Part shown: one piece after another, positions 1 to 9,785 of the stretch
Layout of the letters: every line of letters starts with the position of its first letter
Position numbering within the stretch: position 1 is the first letter of the stretch
From: Candidatus Bathyarchaeia archaeon
Lineage (GTDB): Archaea > Thermoproteota > Bathyarchaeia > Bathyarchaeales > Bathycorpusculaceae
DNA length: 64,000 bases
Direction of reading: 5' to 3'
Assembly: GCA_050012255.1 (NCBI GenBank)
Contig: JBEKHN010000013.1
Location: 1-64,000 of the forward strand
Notes under the pieces: generated by a model
Databases searched by the model: none
What the model was told of the DNA's origin: nothing
The model's input: only the letters and a program-made list of their open reading frames with translations
Program-made: the position numbers and the translations under genes

Positions 1-2
1 AG

Positions 3-257
3 AAAATCAGGTTCGAACTCATCCTTGAACTCAAGGCTCTCGCTGAACAAGCGCAACAAAAAGCCATCGATACGCACCCTGCTAAAGTCGAAACGAAGCA
101 AAACTGGTCCCGCCTAGCAGCGTACATCAGCCAAGTCATCAACGGCATCGGCAAAACCTACGACGAAATCAAAACAGACAACGACCTGAAAACCCTCGAA
201 AACCTCATCAACGAAGTCAAACAAAAACAAGAGAAACTACAACAACCACAACAATAA
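3..257 (+). CDS. 5'-truncated helical hypothetical protein, possibly provirus-associated
   Basis: Open frame from window edge: KIRFELILELKALAEQ...NWSRLAAYISQVING...DLKTLENLINEVKQ, TAA at 255-257; absent from ORF track because there is no start codon in the window. Confidence 0.6.
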   Translation, partial: KIRFELILELKALAEQAQQKAIDTHPAKVETKQNWSRLAAYISQVINGIGKTYDEIKTDNDLKTLENLINEVKQKQEKLQQPQQ

Positions 258-286
258 AGGCCGGCGTGTTGGTCGTAACCCGTCTT
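256..286 (-). repeat. att-like duplicate of the RNase P RNA 3' end
   Basis: 28/31 match to 7902-7932 with a 20-bp exact core. Confidence 0.85.
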
Positions 287-671
287 ATATCCTTAGTAAT
301 TTCTTCATTTTGTTCTTTTTGTCCTTGGCTCTGCGTGTTTTCTTCGTTCATTGGTCTTCGTCTCCTTTTAGAATTTTTGAGACCTTTATTTCGGCCAAGA
401 TTTGGGCGTATCGCATTTCTTGTTTGGTTCTTTTAAGGGTTGTCCTCATATTTATCACATGAATTCATTTCTTGCGGTTGACGCGACGACGAAACAATAA
501 ACCTTTTGGGAGGGTGGGCGTTCCCGAAAGTGTTTATGTTTTGGAGGAGATGGTTTGCGTGGAAGTGTATGAGAAACCGTTACCTTGATGGGTTGGACTT
601 CTGGGCGGCTATGGTAATGGTGTCTCATGTTATCGTGTTGTTGTCTGGGGTCTGTGTGCGCGCTTCGAGGC

Positions 672-2000
672 TCAGGTCAGATGCCTTCTCCTGCAGACTA
701 TTGTTGCAAGTAGTGTGGCCATCATGAATAAGGATAGAATCAGCAGAAATGGAAACTCTGGGAGTATGTCTATCGATGTGACAGGTTGAGTAAAGGTGAA
801 ATATATTGTCGTACTGGTGCTGTTTGTAGTGATAATCGTGCTTGAGGATTGGTTCTCCTGAAGATCTACACGCCAAGGGTAGTTTGAGGAATTCAGCCAA
901 GCATGTGAAAATGTCATTCTGCAAAAACTACTTGTTTCGTTCTGACCACTGATTTCCGATAACCGTAGAATTAGATCCATGCCTATGGGGGAAAAGACAT
1001 CATCAGCATAAATTAGAATAACCTTTCCAATGGTTGCATTACTGATGATATCTACTTCATCGTACAAAGGATAAGAGAGACCAGAGCTTGAAACATTGAA
1101 ACTCTGGAAAGTACCCATCAAAGGATAATGGTCTGTGTTGTTTTCGTCAATGACATACGGTGTATCGCCTATGCCATCCTGACTGTTATCGGTTCCATTG
1201 TAGTCACTCCAGTAGTTTCCCTCAGCACCATTATCCCAAATTTGCTTTGATCCATCACCCTCTACCTGCCCCTGCCAACTTTGCATTGCTGAGAAATTGT
1301 TGTGAAAGAACATGTTGCCAGTAGTAGAAGTGAAACGAGCAGAAAAAGAATAGAATTGAATGTTCAATTCATTCTTGTCGAAACTGTTCTGAGAGAAGGT
1401 ATTGTTAGAGGAATCCCAGAGCAAAATGCCTTCCCTGTCCTTTGTCATGTTGTTACATGACACAACGTTTCCAGATGAAGAGACAATCGCGAGACCATAA
1501 TTGCAAAATGTGACGTTGTTGTCGGTAACGGCGTTGCCAGAGGAGAAGTAAAGCTGAGCACCCACATAAGCATCTAAATTGTTGTCAGACAAAGTGATGT
1601 TAGAAGAAAAGTGGACGTCAATGCCGGTAGGGAAGCTTCTTACGTTGGTGTTCATTATCTTCACATTGCTTACATTTGTCATGAAGACCCCAGATATCTG
1701 CGACCCGTTTCCAGCAAACCGCCATGGGCCTTGAACCGCGTATCCATTTCCATCGATGATTGTGTTGTTTCTTTCAACTATAATTCCATAATCGCTGGTG
1801 GAGATGTTGTCAGTCAAAGTGTAGGTGACGTTGTCGGTGGTGGAGATGGGTGAAGTCGGTGGGTATATTGAACCGTCTGCGTTGATGTAGATTGCACTAT
1901 CTGCTCTCGCCGATTGGATCCTAAATGAACCTCCTATTCCTGAGATGAAAATCAAAATGAAGATCATGCAAGTAGCCTTTCTCTTCAACAAGAGAAACAA
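672..2000 (-). CDS. Secreted NosD-like parallel beta-helix protein with PEF-CTERM-type anchor
   Basis: Signal peptide, SSxNxxxxN beta-helix repeats, GNYWSDY...DGIGDTPY motif, C-terminal PEF + TM helix + RRR. Confidence 0.85.
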   Translation of the reverse strand: MFLLLKRKATCMIFILIFISGIGGSFRIQSARADSAIYINADGSIYPPTSPISTTDNVTYTLTDNISTSDYGIIVERNNTIIDGNGYAVQGPWRFAGNGSQISGVFMTNVSNVKIMNTNVRSFPTGIDVHFSSNITLSDNNLDAYVGAQLYFSSGNAVTDNNVTFCNYGLAIVSSSGNVVSCNNMTKDREGILLWDSSNNTFSQNSFDKNELNIQFYSFSARFTSTTGNMFFHNNFSAMQSWQGQVEGDGSKQIWDNGAEGNYWSDYNGTDNSQDGIGDTPYVIDENNTDHYPLMGTFQSFNVSSSGLSYPLYDEVDIISNATIGKVILIYADDVFSPIGMDLILRLSEISGQNETSSFCRMTFSHAWLNSSNYPWRVDLQENQSSSTIITTNSTSTTIYFTFTQPVTSIDILPEFPFLLILSLFMMATLLATIVCRRRHLT

Positions 2001-2103
2001 CTCCTAATCAACTCTGAATGAAATCTTTAACTCTTAAGGCTGTTCATCGCGCGCGTATGAGATGCTTTCTAACTTTTCCTCTTTTTCAAAATGAGGGGAA
2101 AGC

Positions 2104-2424
2104 TTATGTCTCCGAGGACATCGTCCTTTCGTATCTCATCTGCCTCGAGCGTAGTTTGCTTTCTCTGTTTCTCTGTGCATGAGATGTTAGTTCTAGTAAT
2201 ATAGTCAAGATCGTCAGCACTAGCGAAGCCCAGAAGAGTGGACATCCGAGAAGAACAGCAAAGAAGGAATTCTTAATGGGATAGCAGAAGCAGAAAGTAT
2301 AGTCCACTGGACTCTGTGAACGCCATGTCAGATAGTTTGCAACGAACGTTATTATCCATAGAACGATCGTTGATAGTATTAGTGGAACGCGTATCTGGGC
2401 GTGTGCCTTATTGAATTCGGTCAT
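2104..2424 (-). CDS. Small two-TM membrane protein
   Basis: Two hydrophobic segments and a basic tail. Confidence 0.55.
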   Translation of the reverse strand: MTEFNKAHAQIRVPLILSTIVLWIITFVANYLTWRSQSPVDYTFCFCYPIKNSFFAVLLGCPLFWASLVLTILTILLELTSHAQRNRESKLRSRQMRYERTMSSET

Positions 2425-2517
2425 TCATCGCGCGACCGTCAAACCATTTTTACATCCTCGTCTGAAGGTGCTGACCCAACGTTAGTTTCAGGATGAGCGC
2501 GCGCTCCTTTAGTGGCT

Positions 2518-2646
2518 TTAACGTTTCTTGCCTTTGGCAGGAAGTTGCTGTCTCATCTGTTTCTTTTTCGCTTCTTTTTCCCGTTCTATCTTTTTCTGTT
2601 GTGCGATTTGAGTATTCTTTTGTTTACGTTTCATTACACTCGGCAT
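2518..2646 (-). CDS. Putative 42-aa Lys-rich small protein
   Basis: MPSVMKRKQKNTQIAQQKKIEREKEAKKKQMRQQLPAKGKKR*, translated by hand. Confidence 0.4.
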   Translation of the reverse strand: MPSVMKRKQKNTQIAQQKKIEREKEAKKKQMRQQLPAKGKKR

Positions 2647-2816
2647 AAATCTCAGCTACAAATTAACGATAAATAAGCAAGCTAAAACATATTTCTTTCG
2701 CATTAATGGAGGAAGCCAATAATATCCAAAGCTGACGCGTCTTTCTTTCATTTCATTGAAGAAGCCAACTTTGTGGTAAAAACAGAAAAAGAGTTTGCAA
2801 AGCTCTTTCTTGGGGC

Positions 2817-2909
2817 TTAAGAAATCTGTGTTTTGCTTTGCTTTTCCTTATGTTTCTTCCTTTTCTCGTCTCGCTCTTTCTTAGTTAACGGTTTGTCTTT
2901 TTTCGGCAT
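2817..2909 (-). CDS. Putative 30-aa Lys-rich small protein
   Basis: MPKKDKPLTKKERDEKRKKHKEKQSKTQIS*, with BRE/TATA-like CGAAAATTATTAAAG upstream. Confidence 0.4.
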   Translation of the reverse strand: MPKKDKPLTKKERDEKRKKHKEKQSKTQIS

Positions 2910-3022
2910 TTATGTTCCCAGAAGGTATGATATGCGTAATAGTGCTTTAATAATTTTCGAGCGCGCGCGTCGATCCACAAAACACTTTTAGACTGTAAGA
3001 TAAAGATGAGGATTAGACTATA

Positions 3023-3853
3023 ATGACACTTCATATTAACACGATAACACCAAACCATATTATTTCCGTTTCAGATAGACTTCTTTCAACATCCACTGGA
3101 TATATTGAAGACTCGACTGATAGATATAAGCATCTTATTCTGATAACCGATGATGCAAGGGTCATAGTAACCTTTTCAGGGTTTGCTGGAATTATCGGAA
3201 AAAACGGAGTGCTCGAAGAATCAACAATTGATTGGTTGACAACTGTAATCATGAATACAGGTCATGATGGTCATCACAGGTTGTGGGAAGACCATATTAA
3301 GGACATAAAAAATGATGCAGAGAAACGGATTGAAAAACTGCAATACATACACAAAATACCTCTAAGCAAATTGCAATTGGCAATATTTATTGCTGGAGAT
3401 TATAAAGGCGACCTTTTTGGTTTCATAATAGACAATAGTATAGAAAAAAATTGGACTTGGGCAAAAGTTGCTCGGACTTCATTTAGAACTGCATATAAAA
3501 ATTATAGTATGGAAAAGTTTGAAGATGGTTGTTATATAGCCTTCCTTGGGAATGAGAGACTTGCGATGAAACAAAGAGTGTTACTGCAGTTACTTAAGAG
3601 ATATGCTCGTAATGAGGATATAAAAAATATATTTCAAACATCTGTTAATATTATTAGGGCTGTTTCGGAAATGAGTGAGGGGTCTGTGGGTTGGAATTGT
3701 TCTGGTGTTAGAATAACAAGAAATAATCCTGGAATTGAAGCTTTTGATGATAGAGATACAAAAAAATATAGTATGGTTATGCCAAATTGTATTTCTTCTA
3801 CCTCCAAGTTTTCAGGTTGTGTGGGGAACATTAAAGGACGCAATTCAGATTAA
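3023..3853 (+). CDS. Ntn-hydrolase / proteasome-beta-like hypothetical protein
   Basis: After Met removal: Thr1, Asp17 (VSDR), Lys35 and a FSG motif; AT-rich gene. Confidence 0.6.
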   Translation: MTLHINTITPNHIISVSDRLLSTSTGYIEDSTDRYKHLILITDDARVIVTFSGFAGIIGKNGVLEESTIDWLTTVIMNTGHDGHHRLWEDHIKDIKNDAEKRIEKLQYIHKIPLSKLQLAIFIAGDYKGDLFGFIIDNSIEKNWTWAKVARTSFRTAYKNYSMEKFEDGCYIAFLGNERLAMKQRVLLQLLKRYARNEDIKNIFQTSVNIIRAVSEMSEGSVGWNCSGVRITRNNPGIEAFDDRDTKKYSMVMPNCISSTSKFSGCVGNIKGRNSD

Positions 3854-4010
3854 ACGATTAGCTTTTCTACCTGCTTAAAAATAGCGCGCGCGCTAGGAAA
3901 TGCAATCTGCTTTATGATCGTCAGAACACGTGTATGTTGAGTAAGGAAAGTAAATAAGGTAAAGTTTTGTATCAGTTAGAAGCCATCGATCGACTCGCGA
4001 TGGTGAAAAA

Positions 4011-5267
4011 ATGAAGTTGGCGGTTCTTGTTTGGGAATACCCTCCTATGATTGTTGGGGGATTAGGCACCTACGCTGCGGAGATTACTCGGAAGTTTGTT
4101 TTGGACGACAATGATGTGACCGTGTTTACGATGAATGATGACGCCGGTAGCTTGCCGACACGGGAGATTTGGCGCGGTATCGAGATTCACCGTCCGTTGC
4201 ACATTGACATTTCCGATTCTCTGCCTGACGTTGTTGCAGAAGACATAAGGAAGTGGGGAATGGGGAAAGGAATACAATTCTTCTCTAAAATTCTTGTCTA
4301 TAATTATTTGAGTGCGTCGAAGCTGGTTAATGAACTGATCAGGAAAGAAGATTTCAAGTATGACATAGTGGTCGCTCATGACTGGCTTTCTGCCATAGGA
4401 GGGATGACTGTGAAAAGGGAGGTTGGAATGCCATTCGCTTTTCATGTTCATTCAACCGAAAAGGGAAGAACTCTTGGGAACGGTTCGGTCACTAAAAGCA
4501 ACATTGAACTTCACGCCGCTCGAGTGGCCGACCTTATCGTGACAGTTTCTTATGCTATGAAGGATGAGTTGGTTGGACTTGGTTTTCCGAAGGAGAAAAT
4601 CCAGGTTTCCTATAACGGTGTCGACCCTGACAAGTACAATCCGAGCACGGTGACTCCTGATCAAGTCAAAAAGATCAGAGCTATGTATGACGTGAAGGAC
4701 GATGAGGAAATGATTCTTTTTATAGGTCGACTCGTCGGTGTGAAAGGTGTTGATAAACTGATTATGGCTTTGCCGCATATTTTGCAGAAGAATCCTAAGG
4801 CGAAGCTTGTTATCGTTGGTCTTGGCGACTTGCAGGAATACTTGATGAATCTGGTGAAAGCTACGAAGATGAGTGATTTCGTGAAGTTCAGGTTCGAATT
4901 CATTCCCGAGGAAGAACGTATTCTTCATTATGCTGCATGTGACGTTGCAGTTTTCCCAAGTTTCTATGAGCCCTTCGGAATAGTTGTTCTTGAAGCCATG
5001 GCGATGGAACGACCTGTTGTTGTTGGAGCTGCGGGTATAAGTGGGATGCGTGAAATCGTTGTCTGTTGCGGAGATGAGCAATGTGGTTATCACATAGATC
5101 CTAATAATCCGTCGGACATAGCATGGGGAATAAACAGCGTTTTGGAAAATGCTGACAAGAAAAAGTGGCTTGGAAAGAACGGTAGAAAGAGGGTTCTGAA
5201 CGAGTTTACTTGGGATAAGATCGCTGCAGAAACGTTGGGTTTGTACGAACAGATTCCTAAGTGCTAA
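4011..5267 (+). CDS. GT4 family glycosyltransferase (glycogen synthase-like)
   Basis: WEYPP..GGLG, HDW, GRL..KG and EPFGIVVLEAMA motifs. Confidence 0.92.
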   Translation: MKLAVLVWEYPPMIVGGLGTYAAEITRKFVLDDNDVTVFTMNDDAGSLPTREIWRGIEIHRPLHIDISDSLPDVVAEDIRKWGMGKGIQFFSKILVYNYLSASKLVNELIRKEDFKYDIVVAHDWLSAIGGMTVKREVGMPFAFHVHSTEKGRTLGNGSVTKSNIELHAARVADLIVTVSYAMKDELVGLGFPKEKIQVSYNGVDPDKYNPSTVTPDQVKKIRAMYDVKDDEEMILFIGRLVGVKGVDKLIMALPHILQKNPKAKLVIVGLGDLQEYLMNLVKATKMSDFVKFRFEFIPEEERILHYAACDVAVFPSFYEPFGIVVLEAMAMERPVVVGAAGISGMREIVVCCGDEQCGYHIDPNNPSDIAWGINSVLENADKKKWLGKNGRKRVLNEFTWDKIAAETLGLYEQIPKC

Positions 5268-5739
5268 GCTTGAGTTTTAGTCAGCCTCGGGGTTTTTCAT
5301 AAGACTTTGCCCCAACCAACTTCCATGGGCGATAGCAAAACGTTCAGCTAGTAATTCAGCTTGATATGTCTGGGATAAATTCGTTCAGGTCTTTAGCGCG
5401 CGCGCTTCACTTGAGCCTACAGGTTCTGTTCGCCTGTAGTTTGTCGTCAAATATCTCCTAGATCCTATTTCAACTTCTTGGATTGGACATCCTTTCTTCT
5501 GAAGGATGTTCCACCAGATTTTCTTCAGCTCTTCCTCATTCAAATAAAAGAGCACTCCTTCTGCCGCTGAACGCATAGTGGTAGAGAGTGACTTATATTA
5601 ATACTCGAACTTGTCGTGGAATGTTCCAAGCAGAAACGAAAGGTATTAGTCTTCGTGGCGAATCGTCTGGAACGTGCGAGTGAGCCGAAAGACTCACGAG
5701 CTGACTTTTTGTTGGATGAGCGCGAGCATGATGCGAGCT

Positions 5740-6810
5740 TCACTGTGGAGCTGGAAGTAGCGTAATGTAGCACGTGGATCTAACGAGTTCCGCGAGAATT
5801 TCGCTGTAGTGAGAGTAGAAATAGTTTGCCGTTGTTCCTCCTTCTAGATTGTGTGAAGAATAGTTGCGTATCATCAAGAGTATTCTTAAACACTTTTCTT
5901 GATCATTTTGACGAGTCAGCTCCAATGGTAGTTTCGTGTCAAGGTCACTCATTTGTGCTGCACTAGACGAGCTGACGTCAATCCCAGGAAACTTGGCTGC
6001 TATCAGACCTGCAAGTTTCCAACGTCTACTTCGAAGTTCCGTCTGAGACATTTTGCTCTTCAGAAGGTCTTCATTGAATAGACAGAAATCTTGGGTATAT
6101 GCAAGAAGGCGACCAGCTGTAAAACTATTCTCTTTATCCTTCCATATGTCCCAGTTTTGGAAGATTCTAGCAAATGTGCAATTAAAGAAGACTCTTTGAT
6201 CGTCGTTCAGTGAGTCTAGGAAAGTGGTTACGAACTGCTCAGGGTTTGGGACGACAGCAATTCCGAGCGTCGAAATTATTGTCTGGAGACGGGTCTTGAC
6301 GTAAAGAATTTCGAATTGAGTAAACAAATCTCGTCTTCTCAAATTGTACTCAGGGGTGTTTTCAGAATAGGGAGAGTCCTCAATCAGAGCCTTGAGAATG
6401 TTGGCGAAACCTTCGTCAAGTTTCATCTGTGCCGATTGTGCAACACCGAGGTTGGCGTAAATCATGCCCTTGTTAAAGGTAAAATTCTGAGTCTTTTCGA
6501 ATGCTTTCACTTGTGCCAGAAGAACATTATAGTACATTTCGTTGAGTGATGGATAAAATCTCCACATTGTAAGATACCAAAGATTGCTGGATGATCTCAC
6601 ATAGTAGTCTTTTTCGACATATGGATAAGGTGGTGTATGTCCGAGAGAACTGAATGGTGGCTTATGGTCAACATCCTTCCACTGGGTCATTCCATAGCTT
6701 AGTCTCCACTGTCCATATTGAAAGAGGAAGTTCATATCCGCCAGCAATTGTGAAGAGTTCTTGATGAAATCAGCTATTTCGTCGCTTTTTTCATGATATT
6801 TCTCGGCCAT
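5740..6810 (-). CDS. Hypothetical protein with TPR-like segment and C-terminal RxxxxH (HEPN-like) motif
   Basis: YANLGVAQ helical motif; RNYSSH near the C-terminus. Confidence 0.6.
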   Translation of the reverse strand: MAEKYHEKSDEIADFIKNSSQLLADMNFLFQYGQWRLSYGMTQWKDVDHKPPFSSLGHTPPYPYVEKDYYVRSSSNLWYLTMWRFYPSLNEMYYNVLLAQVKAFEKTQNFTFNKGMIYANLGVAQSAQMKLDEGFANILKALIEDSPYSENTPEYNLRRRDLFTQFEILYVKTRLQTIISTLGIAVVPNPEQFVTTFLDSLNDDQRVFFNCTFARIFQNWDIWKDKENSFTAGRLLAYTQDFCLFNEDLLKSKMSQTELRSRRWKLAGLIAAKFPGIDVSSSSAAQMSDLDTKLPLELTRQNDQEKCLRILLMIRNYSSHNLEGGTTANYFYSHYSEILAELVRSTCYITLLPAPQ

Positions 6811-6990
6811 CGTTTACACCCATAGAATCTAAATCACACTCGCTTGTTTTATGTAGCTATTGTCGCATTAATATTTCTTCAATTCAAGAAGTTTGAAACA
6901 CGATTGATCGTGAGAGTGCGAGTTCAATGCAAGCGCGACACTGATGACTTGAAGCGATTGATATGAAGGGTTGAAAGTAAGAAAGAAGGG

Positions 6991-7878
6991 TCATTTGCGT
7001 TTTCGGAACATCATTATGTTCTGTGGGGTTGTGCAGATGTACGTCCATCCGTTGTCTATTAGTTCGCCCGCTTCTTTTTCGTCTTTGGCTATTGCGTGGT
7101 GGTAGTTTTGGCTTTCTTCGTCGAATTCTACTACGTGGGTGTAAAGCATTGTGGAGTTTATGTTTCTGTGTCCGAGTTTTTCTTGTACGAGGGGTAGACT
7201 TTTCGTTTCTGTGAAAAGTTTTGTTGCGTAGTAGTGTCTGAAGGTGTGGAAGTGTATTTATTTGAGTCTTGGATTTTCTAGTTTTTTGGCTAGGGCTGTT
7301 TTTTGTCTGTCGAATGTCCAACGGATTCCACTTAGGTGGGTTTTGCCAAATAAGTATTCATTGGTTTTTGGTAGGGCGTTGAGTCTGCTAATGAGTTTGG
7401 CTGATATTCTTTGTTCTCTTGGTTTTCCGTGTTTTTCTGCTCGGCATTTGATAGTGCTTTTCTCTTCGTCTATGTCTGTCCATTTACATCTCCATAATTC
7501 ACCGATACGAAAGCCTGTTTCTTTGAGTGCTTGCAGTACGATGCTAACTTTTGTCGATGTTCCAGCTATCAAGGCATCAATTTCTTTTTCTGTTGGAACG
7601 AATGGCAAAGTTTCGTTTTTGTGGTATTTGGGTGGGGTCCATGAGATTCCTTTCATTTTACAGTATTCGAGATAGGCGTATGCGGCTATGCTCTTGTGTC
7701 CGTCGCTCCATTGTTTTCGATTGTGAATGAAAATAGCTACTTTTTCGGGATTCTCCAAATCTACGCCATGGTTAAGCATTGTTCGGAGGACTTTGAAACG
7801 TGTTCTGATGGTTTCTTCGGATAATGCAGTTTTCTGGCAATGGATAAGAAACTGGGTTAACATCCCATTCCTATCCAT
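6991..7878 (-). pseudogene. Tyrosine recombinase/integrase with internal TAA stop
   Basis: TGFRIGE, then in-frame TAA at 7258-7260 followed by IHFHTFRH..LGHRNINSTMLYTH..MFRKRK*; likely start is the ATG at 7878. Confidence 0.9.
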
Positions 7879-7903
7879 GCTAGACGGGGCGGGTTGTAGT
7901 GAA

Positions 7904-8222
7904 AAGCTGGCGTGTTGGTCGTAACCCGCCTTTTGTTCTAAGTGGCATTCGGCTAATCGGGCTACCCGCGCTTCCGGTAGACTCTTCATCAGCGTCTGCT
8001 TGCCCTTTCCACTTGCAGGACAGCCGTTTCACCGCTTCACACCCAGCATCCTCAACAACTTAACATGCATCACCGTCACCTGCTGAGCGGACGTTTCGTT
8101 TCTGCTCTGGAGCCAAGGTTCTCACCTTGCGTCCTTGCGGACGCTGCAACTCTACACGTGGGCGGAGTTTCCTCAAGCCTCTCACGTCGAGGCTCGAAAG
8201 CCACACACCAACTCGCCAGCCC
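7904..8222 (-). ncRNA. rnpB: Archaeal RNase P RNA
   Basis: Minus strand carries GAGGAAACTCCGCCC, AGAGCAGAAACG, TGAAACGGC, AGAACAAAAGGCGGGTTA; P1 formed by GCTGGCGAGTTGGT / ACCAACACGCCAGC; ends approximate. Confidence 0.92.
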
Positions 8223-8423
8223 AGTGTACACTGCGCGCTCGTGTGCAATAAGAATTTTGGAAACCACATCATCCTTACTTGGAAACGCACGTCCAGAATT
8301 CATTATCCCCAAGAAGAAGAGGACAGCCGCGCCTTGAACCGTCAAAGCTAACACTGTCCAACAGGGATCAACAGCGACGTCCACAACTTATTTAAGAATC
8401 AGTCAGCAACGGTCGATGGTCGA

Positions 8424-9785
8424 GTGCGACTAATCATGGAACGATGGAACCGAATAACGTTGTGTCTTCTTCTCATCAGCATGTTCACTCTAGCCTTGTG
8501 CATTCGGTCAGGCTTCGCCGCGTCAGGGTGGAGCCAAACCTACGGAGGATCAGGAGACGACGAGACCTATTCACTTGTTAAGACCAGCGACGGAGGCTAC
8601 GCGTTAGCGGGATACACAAACTCCAGCGGCGCCGGCAGCTACGACTTCTGGCTCGTCAAAACAGACTCTTCTGGAACGAAACAGTGGAACCAAACCTACG
8701 GGGGATCAAACGACGAAGGAGCCTTTTCGGTCATCCAGACCAACGACACGGGATACGCAGTAGCCGGGATCACAACTTCCTACGGTGCAGGCGAAACCGA
8801 CGCCTGGCTGGTCAAAACAGACTCTTCTGGAACCATGCAGTGGAGCCAAACCTACGGAGGATCAGGAGACGACGAGACCTATTCACTTGTTAAGACCAGC
8901 GACGGAGGCTACGCGTTAGCGGGATACACAAACTCCAGCGGCGCCGGCGGCGACGACTTCTGGCTGGTCAAGACCAACTCTTCGGGAAGCATGGTGTGGA
9001 ACCAGACGTATGGTGGGACAGGAGACGAACAGGCTTCCTCTGTTATCCAGACTAGCGACGGAGGCTACGCGTTAGCGGGGTACACGACCTCTTTCGGCGC
9101 CGGCGACTACGATTTCTGGTTGGTTAGAACCGACTCCTCGGGAAACATGCTGTGGAACCGAACCTACGGAAGCGCAGGGGACGATGAAGCAGAATGCGTG
9201 ATTCAGACCGGCGACGGCTACGCCTTAGCTGGGCTCACAAACTCTACTGGCGCAGGCGGCCTCGACTTCTGGTTGGTCAAAACCGACTCCAACGGAACGC
9301 CACAGTGGAACCGAACCTATGGAGGAGCAGGCGACGAAGCGGCAAACGCGTTATTACAAACAAGCGACACAGGCTACGCATTAGCAGGCTGGACGACCTC
9401 TTACGGCGCGGGCGGCTACGATTTCTGGCTTGTCAAAACCGACTCTTCTGGAACGATGCAGTGGAGCAAAACGTACGGGGGAGGAGGGGACGACGCGGCG
9501 TTCTCACTTGTTCTGACCAGCGATGGAGGCTACGCGTTAGCCGGTTTCACGGGTTCCTACGGCGCAGGAGACTATGATGGCTTCCTAGTTAAAACCGACT
9601 CCTCTGGAAACAGCGTCATGCCGCAGTCATCATCCTCCATCCCATATTTAGCCATCGTAATAGTCGCGATCATAGCGATCGTAGTGATAGTAGCAGTTGT
9701 CATAGTCCGCAGAAGGCGTCCGAAACCCGGCACGCCCACCGTCCAACAGGTATCGCCTGCAGATTCTGAAGTGAAACCGACTTGA
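8424..9785 (+). CDS. Membrane-anchored beta-propeller repeat surface protein
   Basis: Signal peptide, seven ~52-aa WxxTYGGxxDD..TSDGGYALAG..DFWLVKTDSSG repeats, C-terminal TM + RRRR. Confidence 0.88.
   Translation: MRLIMERWNRITLCLLLISMFTLALCIRSGFAASGWSQTYGGSGDDETYSLVKTSDGGYALAGYTNSSGAGSYDFWLVKTDSSGTKQWNQTYGGSNDEGAFSVIQTNDTGYAVAGITTSYGAGETDAWLVKTDSSGTMQWSQTYGGSGDDETYSLVKTSDGGYALAGYTNSSGAGGDDFWLVKTNSSGSMVWNQTYGGTGDEQASSVIQTSDGGYALAGYTTSFGAGDYDFWLVRTDSSGNMLWNRTYGSAGDDEAECVIQTGDGYALAGLTNSTGAGGLDFWLVKTDSNGTPQWNRTYGGAGDEAANALLQTSDTGYALAGWTTSYGAGGYDFWLVKTDSSGTMQWSKTYGGGGDDAAFSLVLTSDGGYALAGFTGSYGAGDYDGFLVKTDSSGNSVMPQSSSSIPYLAIVIVAIIAIVVIVAVVIVRRRRPKPGTPTVQQVSPADSEVKPT

Larger units (their letters stand above)
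256..7932 (-). mobile_element. Integrated island at the 3' end of rnpB, bounded by att-like direct repeats
   Basis: GGCGTGTTGGTCGTAACCCG identical at 263-282 and 7909-7928; tyrosine integrase next to one end; mixed accessory cargo. Confidence 0.75.

Noticed and set aside
7258-7260. Sec/Pyl read-through in the integrase
   Set aside because: The codon is TAA, not TGA or TAG.
7879-8384. Integrase N-terminal extension to 7989 and four short ORFs at 8060-8384
   Set aside because: They overlap the RNase P RNA gene.
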